Shown here: positions 29,590-38,186 of the stretch, one piece after another
Position numbering within the stretch: the stretch's first letter is position 1
How the letters are laid out: each line of letters opens with the position of its first letter
Assembly (NCBI GenBank): GCA_963726455.1
Contig: CAVSCK010000004.1
Span: 160,001-224,000, forward strand
DNA: 64,000 bases
Origin: an uncultured bacterium
GTDB taxonomy: Bacteria > Zixibacteria > MSB-5A5 > CAIYYT01
Direction of reading: 5' to 3'
Made by a program: the position numbers and the translations under genes
The notes under the pieces: generated by a model
The model's database searches: none
Told to the model about the DNA's origin: nothing
What the model saw: only the letters and a program-made list of their open reading frames with translations

Positions 29590-29614
29590 AAGGGTACCCG
29601 ATGAAGGTACCCTC
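29590..29614 (-). terminator. Probable terminator of S8 peptidase gene
   Basis: agggtacc-cgatgaa-ggtaccct with A-rich left flank (U-tract on minus strand). Confidence 0.6.
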
Positions 29615-29692
29615 GAACATTTAGTGCTGAATCGAAGCGACTTCAATTTCCAAAACGGTTGCGAAGTCGGGGCTTCGTGCGCTGTGGTCTGA

Positions 29693-31390
29693 TCAGCAGG
29701 GGTCTGGGCCCTCACGGAAAATATAGTTGATCAGATAGACGGCGTCAGCAATGTCGATTCCACTGCTGCAGTCGGCGTCGCCGGCCTGGATTGGATTCGG
29801 GGCTGCGCCATTGCCAAAAATATAAGTGATAAGATAAACAGCGTCAGAGATGTCGACGGAGCCGTCACCGTTGGCATCGCCATGAACATAAACGGGAGGC
29901 CCATAAACCACGTGGAGTGCCGACCAGGCGTTGACAATTCCCCAGCCATAGGTGTTGTCGGGTGTCGCGGCGCGACTGGCGGTAAGCATCATGGCCTGAC
30001 GAACCTGCTGGTTGGTCCAGGTTGGATGTGCTCCCCAGATAACGGCGGCAGCACCGGCAGTAAGCGGGCAAGAAAATGAAGTGCCGTCACCATAGGAGTA
30101 GGCCGAATTGCTGGTCGCCGAGGCGAGATAGCAGCTTGCACCCTGCGCACAAACTTCGGGTTTCATTCTGCCATCATAAGTCGGGCCACGGGAAGAGAAA
30201 TAGGTAATGCCGCCTGTGGAATAGACAGCGCCGACACTGAGAATGCTGTCGGCATCGGCAGGCGCACCCATGCTGGTGGCGCCGGGTCCGGAGTTGCCGA
30301 TCGAATTGCAGACGAGAATACCATAGCGCGCGGCCTGCAGTGCGGCCAAGGTTGTCACGCAGGTGCGGCCATTATAATCGGAAGTCGTATACCAGTCGGT
30401 ATATCCCAATGAAGAAGAAATAATGTCGGTGCCGATGGAGTCGACGAATTCGACGGCACGGACCCAGTTGTCTTCCTCGATCGGGGTCTCGGAGCGAATG
30501 TCCTCGGTCTTGCAGAGAATGAATGAGGCCTTGAAGGCGGGGCCATAATGAACGGTGGGGTTCTCGCCACCACAGGCAGACCAGGTTGAAGTTCCGTGGC
30601 TCCAGGCGCCCGGATCGTCATTGGCTTGGTTGTCGACGATGGTATCATTGAAAATGAAATCGTATTTCGCGAGCAGACGGCCTTCCGCCAGGATGTGTGA
30701 GAAGGAATTGTGCGTGGTGCGGAAACCGGAATCGAACATCGAGACTATCATGCCTTGCCCGAAGTAGCCGGAATCATGACAGGCAGGCACACTGATCTGC
30801 TGCAGTTGGCCGTAGGAGCTGCCGTATTCAAGGAATTGCGCGTCCAGAATGGATTTCTGCGGAGCATTTGACGGCTTGCCCTCGGTTGGAGGATCGTAGG
30901 ACTTCTTGAAGGCCGCGACCGGCTGGATTCTCTCTACGAAGGGGAAGTTGCCTATGAATCCGAGCGCCGATTTGTTGACCTCGAACGATGCAGCATTAAG
31001 CCATTTGGAGACGCGCCGGAGTTTGGCGCCGGTATTGGTGACGAGGTCGACATATTTCTGGTTCACGGCAAGATCGGCGAATTCCGGGCCGGTGACGCCA
31101 TGTTTGAGACGGCGCGCCAAAGCTCTCGGAGTCAGACTTTGAGTGGCGGACAGAGTGGCGGATTCCAGGTGGGCTTTATCGTAGATGCCCTTGTCAGTGA
31201 AGAATACCCACACTTTGACAGTGCCATCCGTTTGGTGTTTTTCAAGGTATTGGATAGCGCTGGGAGAGATGACAACGGCCTGCTTGGGTTTAACCAGGTC
31301 GGGATAAAGAATTGGCTCACGATTTTTGGCAATAACAAATGCAAAGGCAAGCAGAGTCAGCAAAGCGCCCCAACGTAACGTTCGAATCAT
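29693..31390 (-). CDS. Secreted subtilisin-like S8 serine peptidase with C-terminal dockerin
   Basis: Catalytic D (FDSG), H (SHGT), S (GTSFSCP); oxyanion GNSG; dockerin GDANGDGSVDISDAVYLITYIF. Confidence 0.93.
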   Translation of the reverse strand: MIRTLRWGALLTLLAFAFVIAKNREPILYPDLVKPKQAVVISPSAIQYLEKHQTDGTVKVWVFFTDKGIYDKAHLESATLSATQSLTPRALARRLKHGVTGPEFADLAVNQKYVDLVTNTGAKLRRVSKWLNAASFEVNKSALGFIGNFPFVERIQPVAAFKKSYDPPTEGKPSNAPQKSILDAQFLEYGSSYGQLQQISVPACHDSGYFGQGMIVSMFDSGFRTTHNSFSHILAEGRLLAKYDFIFNDTIVDNQANDDPGAWSHGTSTWSACGGENPTVHYGPAFKASFILCKTEDIRSETPIEEDNWVRAVEFVDSIGTDIISSSLGYTDWYTTSDYNGRTCVTTLAALQAARYGILVCNSIGNSGPGATSMGAPADADSILSVGAVYSTGGITYFSSRGPTYDGRMKPEVCAQGASCYLASATSNSAYSYGDGTSFSCPLTAGAAAVIWGAHPTWTNQQVRQAMMLTASRAATPDNTYGWGIVNAWSALHVVYGPPVYVHGDANGDGSVDISDAVYLITYIFGNGAAPNPIQAGDADCSSGIDIADAVYLINYIFREGPDPC

Positions 31391-31711
31391 TTGTTCACCT
31401 CATGACAGGTACAGTTGCAGTAAGTTATACTGCCTCAATATATTACCAAAATCGTCGTTGTCAATCGCTATTTTGGTTTGTTGCGTTTTCCGCGTTCTCA
31501 TGCGAAAACTACTTTCATTATCGGCAGCAAGCAGTCAAGCGCAACGGGAAAGGTCGGGCGCACTGCGACGCAGTTTGGGGAAGTCGGTATGGGCTGATTC
31601 CCATACTGTAACGGTCTGTAGTGACACTTTCGAGGTAGGGCGACCCGATTCGCCGGTCGGCACGATAGCCAAAATGTTGTCAGACATTGAATTGGCTTTT
31701 TGCGGGGCATT

Positions 31712-31727
31712 CGGCAGAATCCTTGCA
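31712..31727 (+). promoter_or_regulatory. Putative sigma54 (-24/-12) promoter of pilin gene
   Basis: CGGCAGAATCCTTGCA matches TGGCAC-N5-TTGCW with exact GG-N10-GC spacing. Confidence 0.6.
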
Positions 31728-31765
31728 GAAGGAAAGGAGGAATTGATAGGTGACGGAGTGCGACT

Positions 31766-32263
31766 ATGAAGGCAAGATTGAAAAATGACCACGGCGTCTC
31801 GATGATGGAGATGATGATAGCATTGGTGATAGTCGGTTTGCTGGCGGCCCTCGCGGTGCCGAATATGGGCGGTGCTATTAAGAAGATGAAGTTCGACAAT
31901 GACGGCCGCGACATGGTGAGCACTCTGCGGCTGGCGCGCAGCATGGCGATAACGTTGCAGCAGCCGGTGGGAGTGTATTTTGACACGAACGATAAGAAGG
32001 TACTGACCTTTATAGACTTGGTGAATGCCGGGAGCAATACTTATGACCCGGGCGATTCGATAGTTCACCACGACAGTCTGGAAGCCCCGGTGAGCTATTT
32101 CGGCACGACATTTACGGGCCAGACGGTGGTATTTCAGCCGGACGGCACGGCCTCGGCCGGCGGTTATGTGGTGGCGCACGGGTATCTGGGCACTGTAACA
32201 CGCTCATACACTGTGGCGGTGACGGGTGGTAGCGGCCGGGTCAGGTTGGATTTCTATAACTAG
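31766..32263 (+). CDS. GspH/FimT-family minor (pseudo)pilin
   Basis: Class III signal G|VSMMEMMIALVIVGLLA; LRLARSMAI; VFQPDG; SGRV. Confidence 0.88.
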   Translation: MKARLKNDHGVSMMEMMIALVIVGLLAALAVPNMGGAIKKMKFDNDGRDMVSTLRLARSMAITLQQPVGVYFDTNDKKVLTFIDLVNAGSNTYDPGDSIVHHDSLEAPVSYFGTTFTGQTVVFQPDGTASAGGYVVAHGYLGTVTRSYTVAVTGGSGRVRLDFYN

Positions 32264-32342
32264 GCATGCGCGCCGATGTAGCTGCGTGACTGCCATCCCC
32301 TCCCTCAAGTAGCCGAGCGGGTTTCGTTATGAACCGCTCCCT

Positions 32343-32374
32343 GGCGGGCCGGTCTCCGGCCCGCCACTTTTTTT
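32343..32374 (+). terminator. Intrinsic terminator after pilin gene
   Basis: ggcgggccgg-tct-ccggcccgcc followed by ac + T7. Confidence 0.8.
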
Positions 32375-32515
32375 CCTGAGCAGCTAATTTTTTGAGCAGC
32401 CGCCGACGATAATAAAACTGACATAAAGGACTTAACACTTATGGGTATCGCGCAAAATGCAAGGTTTTGCGCCTGATCGGTTTGAAATAGACACAAACTA
32501 ACATAAAGGTAGACT

Positions 32516-33568
32516 ATGCTGTTTGGACAAGGAAGCAAGACGACCATCGGCCTCGATATTGGCGCCTCATCGGTTAAGTGCGTCAAGTTGGAGCGCCGCG
32601 GAGGTTCCTATGCGCTTCTGGCAATGGAGATGCGTGATCTCCCCCCGGAAGCGATCGTTTCCGACGAGATCAAGGATCGCGACACCATCATTTTCAACAT
32701 TCAGTCGGTAATGGACGCCTGTGATCCCCGTGCGAAAGATGTCGTCGTTTCCGTATCAGGGCATGGTGTGATCACCGACAAAATCACGCTGGACCGGAAG
32801 ACGGGTCCGGAGGCGGAGCAGGCCATTCTGTTCGAAGCGGAGCAGCGGGCGCCCTATGACATCGAGGACGTCACCATGGATTATCACATCATCAACTCGG
32901 ATGAAGTGAACAACAAGATGGACGTGCTGCTGGTGGCTGCCCGCAAAGATTTCCTCAAGAGTTACCTCGATTTGATCGCGGACGCCAACCTGCGTCCGGT
33001 GATCGTAGACACCGATGCCTTTGCCGTTCTCAACGCCTACGAAATCAACTACGACATTCACCCGGAACGCGTGACGGCACTGGTCAACATCGGCTACGAC
33101 AACACGAACGTCGTGTTCATCAAGGACGGGCTGTTCCATTCGACGCGTGACGTGGCCGCCGGCGGACGAATCATTTTCGACACGATCCAGAAGGAATTCC
33201 GTCTGAACCAGGAATTGACGATGAAGGCGATCAAGGGGGAGATGGAGTCGAGCATCGACCAGGATATGCTCAAGGCGACGATTGTGTCATCGGCGGAAGA
33301 GCTGATCTCGGGACTGGAAGTGGCGTTTTCATATTTCCGGTCGCTGGCCAAGGCAGAGAAGATTGACTGGGTGGTGTTGTCGGGTGGCGGCGCGCTGATG
33401 CCGTACCTGCCGGAGTTCCTGCAATCAAAGTTGAATATCCCGATCGAGATCGCAAATCCACTTCGCAACATAGAATACGATCCTGATCTCTTTGCATCCG
33501 TGCAACCGGAGCGAATCGCGCCGCTTCTAGCCGTGCCGATCGGACTGGCAGCGAGAAAGGTGCAATAG
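32516..33568 (+). CDS. pilM: Type IV pilus assembly protein PilM
   Basis: IGLDIGASSVK, VLLVAA, LVNIG, LSGGG, NP, PIGLA. Confidence 0.94.
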   Translation: MLFGQGSKTTIGLDIGASSVKCVKLERRGGSYALLAMEMRDLPPEAIVSDEIKDRDTIIFNIQSVMDACDPRAKDVVVSVSGHGVITDKITLDRKTGPEAEQAILFEAEQRAPYDIEDVTMDYHIINSDEVNNKMDVLLVAARKDFLKSYLDLIADANLRPVIVDTDAFAVLNAYEINYDIHPERVTALVNIGYDNTNVVFIKDGLFHSTRDVAAGGRIIFDTIQKEFRLNQELTMKAIKGEMESSIDQDMLKATIVSSAEELISGLEVAFSYFRSLAKAEKIDWVVLSGGGALMPYLPEFLQSKLNIPIEIANPLRNIEYDPDLFASVQPERIAPLLAVPIGLAARKVQ

Positions 33569-33570
33569 CC

Positions 33571-34380
33571 ATGATAGAGATTAATCTACTCCCAAAGGAA
33601 TACAAGAAGCGATCCAATGTCCTGAGCTTCGACAAGAAAGTGCTCTACATTGGAATCGCGGCTGCGGCGCTGGTAGTGGTGATGGGTGGGCTGACGTTTT
33701 ACCAGAGCACGCAGGTGTCCAAGCTCAATCGACTGATAACGAAGGCGAGAATGGAGGAGAACCGCTACAAGAAGGACATCGCCGTAATCGACGCCCTCAC
33801 AGAGGTCAAGGCCAAGATTCTCGCCCGGGTTGAAGCGATTGAGAGACTCGACCACCGCAGAACATTTTACATCAGCATGATGGAAGATCTGAATTCGCGG
33901 ATGCCGGAATTTCTATGGATGACGACATTCAACGAAATGCCGGCCGGCAGCGAGCCGCAGACATTGACCAAACCCGGCAGCAAATCACAGCCGGGCATGG
34001 CGCAGAAGGCGGCATCGGCGATGGCCACCAAAGCAGGTTTGCAGCAGGACTCAACCAGTGCCGACCCTACGACAGTTAACCTGGGTTCAGCCCAGATCGA
34101 GGGGTATGCGTTTAGTCTCAACTCCATCAGCTCATTCATTCTCGGCTTGATGAAGTCGGACTTCTTCAAGAACGTTAAACTAAATCGTGCCACGGCAGAA
34201 GACGTGGGATCGGTAACCGCCTACAATTTCCGACTCTCGTGCGACATCAACTACGATGCGAATCTGATCCAGGAAAATCCCAGCGATACTGAAGAGGGGA
34301 TGCAGATCGGAAGCACGCACGGGCTGGATGACGGGCAAGGTTACGATGAAGATGGATTCAACGACTATCAAGGGCAATAG
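33571..34380 (+). CDS. pilN: Type IV pilus assembly protein PilN
   Basis: MIEINLLP N-terminal motif, TM, coiled coil, ferredoxin-like C-terminus. Confidence 0.9.
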   Translation: MIEINLLPKEYKKRSNVLSFDKKVLYIGIAAAALVVVMGGLTFYQSTQVSKLNRLITKARMEENRYKKDIAVIDALTEVKAKILARVEAIERLDHRRTFYISMMEDLNSRMPEFLWMTTFNEMPAGSEPQTLTKPGSKSQPGMAQKAASAMATKAGLQQDSTSADPTTVNLGSAQIEGYAFSLNSISSFILGLMKSDFFKNVKLNRATAEDVGSVTAYNFRLSCDINYDANLIQENPSDTEEGMQIGSTHGLDDGQGYDEDGFNDYQGQ

Positions 34381-34414
34381 CTCTAATAACGAAGAGTGAG
34401 AGCCGGAGGCAGAA

Positions 34415-35062
34415 ATGGATTTTAGAGACCCAAAGACACAGAGACTTCTGCTGGTGGCGCTTGGATTCATAGCGGTTGTCTATTTCTGGCAATCGAAGAT
34501 ATACAATCCGCGCAGTCAGCGACTGAGTACGGCGCGCGCCAGTTACGAATCGATTATGACCAATTTGAAGACAATCGAGATGAAGGCAAAGTCACTGGCG
34601 GGTTTGCGTCAGGAATACGAAAGATTACTTGACCGCTACCAGAGCATCGAGCAGTTGCTGCCCGAAGAGGAGCAGGTGCCCGATTTCTTGTTGCAACTGA
34701 ATTCGGCCTCGATGCTGTCGCAGGCACAAGTGACCGAAGTGTTGCCCCAGGTGGCGGGAGGCGAGGCGTTCTACAACACCTCGGAATACAACATCAAGTT
34801 CTTAGGCACCTATCACGAACTGGGACGGTTTATGGCGGCGGTCGCCAATTTCCCGTTTATCACCAACGTTTCGCGCCTGAATCTGAAAGGATTACCACCC
34901 GAAGTGGCCCTGCAGAAGAACGTGAACGAGCGAAAGACGGCCGGAGACTACGACGCCAAGTCACTGGAAGCGACATTCACTTTGTCGACCTACTACGTGA
35001 AGCCGGAAGAAAAATTGAAAGGCGTCCAGTTTGCCGGAGAGGAGTCGGGCCATGAAAACTAG
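34415..35062 (+). CDS. pilO: Type IV pilus assembly protein PilO
   Basis: N-terminal TM, coiled coil, LLPEEEQVPDFL, GTYHELGRF. Confidence 0.9.
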   Translation: MDFRDPKTQRLLLVALGFIAVVYFWQSKIYNPRSQRLSTARASYESIMTNLKTIEMKAKSLAGLRQEYERLLDRYQSIEQLLPEEEQVPDFLLQLNSASMLSQAQVTEVLPQVAGGEAFYNTSEYNIKFLGTYHELGRFMAAVANFPFITNVSRLNLKGLPPEVALQKNVNERKTAGDYDAKSLEATFTLSTYYVKPEEKLKGVQFAGEESGHEN

Positions 35063-36845
35063 ACTCGCTCTACTTACGCTGGCGATTTGCGGCATGTTCA
35101 TAAGCGGAACTGCAGGAGCCGTGAAGGTCACCGACGTGGTGATGCAGAAGAGCTCTCAGTTCACGGAAGTCAAGATCGTCTGCGACGCGCCGACCGAGTT
35201 TACACATCAGATCGTGGAAGCGGCGGCCAACAAGCCATATCGGATTGTAGTCGATGTGAAGAACGCCGTGCCGGCACTGCCGGTAACATCGTTCCGCAAC
35301 CTGCCGTCGAGTTCGATCAAGCAGATTCGTACCAGCCAGTTTTCGGTTGATCCCGAGAAGGTGGTAAGGATCGTGTTTGATGTCACGGGGGCGTTGACTT
35401 ACAAGGTCATCGGTAACGGCAATACGTTTACTCTGCAAATCAATACTCCGAATGACAAGGATTTCACGAAATGGTCGGCAACGAGCAGCGACAAGCCGAC
35501 CGTGACTGCCTCAACCAAGCCAGAGGCAGCATCGAAGCCGGCGACTGTGGCGAAGACGACGACGCCAAAGACAGAAGTCGCGAAGACCGAAGCGCCCAAA
35601 GCAATGCCGGCAAGTCCTGATAAAATAACGGCTCAGGACAAGTCCGCGGCCGTTACGACCGACAAGAAAGACACCAAGGTAGCTGTCAAGCCGATTGATG
35701 AATCGAAGCTGCTGACGAAGGTAAACAAGTCCGCGACGCCGGCAAACGCTTCGACGTCCGGCACGCCGCCAACGACAACTCCGCAAGTAGCCAAGGAGAC
35801 GAAGGCGACAACCAAGACGAATCCGACTACGAAAGTGGCCGGCACGTCGACGACAACGACAAGTGCCAAGCCGGCAACAACTGTTGCGGACGCGACGGTT
35901 ACGGATAAACAGGTTGTCAAACAAGACAAGACGGCAAAGACGGAAGTGAAGACGACTGTCCCGACCACGCCGGGAACCGAAACGGCTGCCGGCAAGCGCG
36001 CCGACTCGGTAACGCTGCCGCAGGTTAAGCCAACTCAAGGTGCGCCGACAGGTGAGCCGATTGATATGGCGAAGCCGCCGAAAGTTCAGAAGACGGCATT
36101 TCCGGAAACCAAGGTTGTGAAGACGCCGAAGTATACGGAATCACCGGAGGCAACGAATGCAATGACCGGCAAGATTGCGACCGCGACAAAGGGAGATACG
36201 TCAACCCCGACGGCGGAAGCCGGCAAATCCGGCACGGATAGCTCGGCGCAGGGCACGACGCTTTCCAAGAGCGAGTCCGTGCGCCAGCGTTACCAGGCCA
36301 ACCGCGACCGCGTTCAGCCGACAGATGATTCTGAAAGCGACAGCGCGTTGATGGCTGCGGAGCCGGAGAAACCGCTGTCGGCTATTGACAAGATTCGGGC
36401 GAAGTACAAACGCGGTATTCGTTTCCAGCAGAACGAAGGGGATAACCAGCAGTACGCGACCGATACCGAGTCGACGGACGAATCGTCGGCGCCTGCGAAT
36501 AATGTGGGCCCCTACAACGAATTCCTGCCGGAACGCGCCATTGTGGTCTATCAGACTCAAGAACGGCCTGATCCGTTCATGCCGCTGGTTGAGGAAGCAA
36601 CGACCAACGCCAAGTATGGTGAGTTGCCGGATGTGGAAACGCTGCGCCTGGTCGGCATTCTGCAGGACAAGAAAGCGAGCCGGGCCCTGTTCCAGGACTA
36701 CAACGGCTATTCATACAATCTGAAGACCGGCGACCGTGTGAAGAACGGATTCGTGCTTTCGATCGAGGAAACACGCGTGATGTTCCAGATACGCCAATAT
36801 GGCTGGAACCGGCAAGTGGCGATCGATATGGAGACAGAAAATTAG
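35052..36845 (+). CDS. AMIN-domain / T-K-A-P-rich linker / PilP-like fusion protein
   Basis: Signal peptide; AMIN-like PYRIVVDVKNA..IRTSQF..VRIVFDV; low-complexity middle; PilP-like RPDPFMPL..LRLVGIL..KTGDRV..GFVLSI; occupies pilP slot. Confidence 0.78.
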   Translation: MKTRLALLTLAICGMFISGTAGAVKVTDVVMQKSSQFTEVKIVCDAPTEFTHQIVEAAANKPYRIVVDVKNAVPALPVTSFRNLPSSSIKQIRTSQFSVDPEKVVRIVFDVTGALTYKVIGNGNTFTLQINTPNDKDFTKWSATSSDKPTVTASTKPEAASKPATVAKTTTPKTEVAKTEAPKAMPASPDKITAQDKSAAVTTDKKDTKVAVKPIDESKLLTKVNKSATPANASTSGTPPTTTPQVAKETKATTKTNPTTKVAGTSTTTTSAKPATTVADATVTDKQVVKQDKTAKTEVKTTVPTTPGTETAAGKRADSVTLPQVKPTQGAPTGEPIDMAKPPKVQKTAFPETKVVKTPKYTESPEATNAMTGKIATATKGDTSTPTAEAGKSGTDSSAQGTTLSKSESVRQRYQANRDRVQPTDDSESDSALMAAEPEKPLSAIDKIRAKYKRGIRFQQNEGDNQQYATDTESTDESSAPANNVGPYNEFLPERAIVVYQTQERPDPFMPLVEEATTNAKYGELPDVETLRLVGILQDKKASRALFQDYNGYSYNLKTGDRVKNGFVLSIEETRVMFQIRQYGWNRQVAIDMETEN

Positions 36846-36870
36846 TGCTATCGATAGAAGAGAGGTAGTG

Positions 36871-38178
36871 ATGTTACTTAAGACATTAAAATCCAGCATG
36901 AAGGTATTGGCAGTGTTGCTACTGCTGGTTCTCCTGGCGTCGCCAACTTTGCAGGCGCAGGGAGACCCGAACGCGCCGATCAAGAATCTCAGTTTCCAAA
37001 ACGCCGAGATTCGTACGGTACTGGGGTTTTTGGCGGACTACGGACAAGTCAACATTGTGACTTCGCCGGAGGTGCAGGGCAATGTGACGTTCAGTTTGAA
37101 AAACGTCACCTGGCGCCAGGCGCTGGATATCATTTGCAAGACCTATGCCTTAACGGCGGTCGAGGAAGCCGGCTATTTCCGGGTAACTCCGACCAAGACG
37201 TATCTCGATGAGGTATCCACGCTGGAGAAACACAAATTCGACAAAGAAAAGATGGTCGAGTTGAACACGGCCGTGATGAAGATTGACAACGCGTCGGCGG
37301 ATGAACTGGTCAAGACCGTGACGCCGTTGTTGTCGGAACGCGGCAAAGTTCAGACCGACAAGCGGACGAACAATCTGATCATCCGCGATGTGCCGACCAA
37401 TATCGACAAGATCGAGAAGCTGATTGCCGATCTGGATAAGCCGACAAGACAGATCAAAATCTCGGCGCAGATGGTGGAAGTTTCGACTACAGATATGCAG
37501 GAATGGGGAGTGAACTGGGCGTCGGGCGGACACGGAACCCGAAACGGCAAATCATGGTCGGACAGTATTACAATAACTCCGGGAGACGTGGCCAATCCGG
37601 CCGGAACCGGCACATTTAAGTTTGCCAACCTGCCGAAGCAGTTCAACATTTCGGCAACGATTCAGGCGCTGGTCTCTAACGGCAAGGGCAAGGTGGTGGC
37701 GCATCCGGAGATTACGACGGTTGACAATAAGGAAGCGCGCATCCAGATGGGACAGCGCATCCCGATCAAGCAATTCGACCAATCGGGCAACGTCGTGATC
37801 ACTTTCGAAGAAGTAGGATCATTGCTGAGCGTGACGCCGCACATTACATCTGAGAATCGCATTCTCATGGCGTTAAAGCCGGAACGGAGTTCATACTCCT
37901 TCGATCCCAACGGTGTGATTATCAACACCAGCAACGCCGAGACCAACGTGGTAGTGGAAAACGGCCAGACGGCGGTCATCGGCGGACTCACGACTCAGGA
38001 TGTATTGAATAATCGTACGGGCATTCCCGTGCTTAAGGACATTCCGGTGCTGGGATATCTTTTCAGCTACTCGCAAAAGTCAGTGCAAAGCCGCGATCTC
38101 GTGATTTTCGTGACGCCGACAATCGTTGAAGGCAATCTTGCCAATCAGCGTCAACCCGAGACCCAGGAAAAGCAGTAA
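36871..38178 (+). CDS. pilQ: Type IV pilus secretin PilQ (short, no AMIN domains)
   Basis: N0 (LSFQNAEIRTVL), N1 (LLSERGKVQTDKRTN), secretin core (VTPHI, GQTAVIGG, GIPVLKDIPVLGYLF, LVIFVTP). Confidence 0.93.
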   Translation: MLLKTLKSSMKVLAVLLLLVLLASPTLQAQGDPNAPIKNLSFQNAEIRTVLGFLADYGQVNIVTSPEVQGNVTFSLKNVTWRQALDIICKTYALTAVEEAGYFRVTPTKTYLDEVSTLEKHKFDKEKMVELNTAVMKIDNASADELVKTVTPLLSERGKVQTDKRTNNLIIRDVPTNIDKIEKLIADLDKPTRQIKISAQMVEVSTTDMQEWGVNWASGGHGTRNGKSWSDSITITPGDVANPAGTGTFKFANLPKQFNISATIQALVSNGKGKVVAHPEITTVDNKEARIQMGQRIPIKQFDQSGNVVITFEEVGSLLSVTPHITSENRILMALKPERSSYSFDPNGVIINTSNAETNVVVENGQTAVIGGLTTQDVLNNRTGIPVLKDIPVLGYLFSYSQKSVQSRDLVIFVTPTIVEGNLANQRQPETQEKQ

Positions 38179-38186
38179 AGAGGCGG

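Noticed and set aside
31658-31674. Second sigma54-like site CGGCACGATAGCC
   Set aside because: No GC at the -12 position with correct spacing.
32264-32515. Cyclic-dinucleotide riboswitch before pilM
   Set aside because: GEMM core motifs are not present; only a terminator and an AT-rich promoter region.
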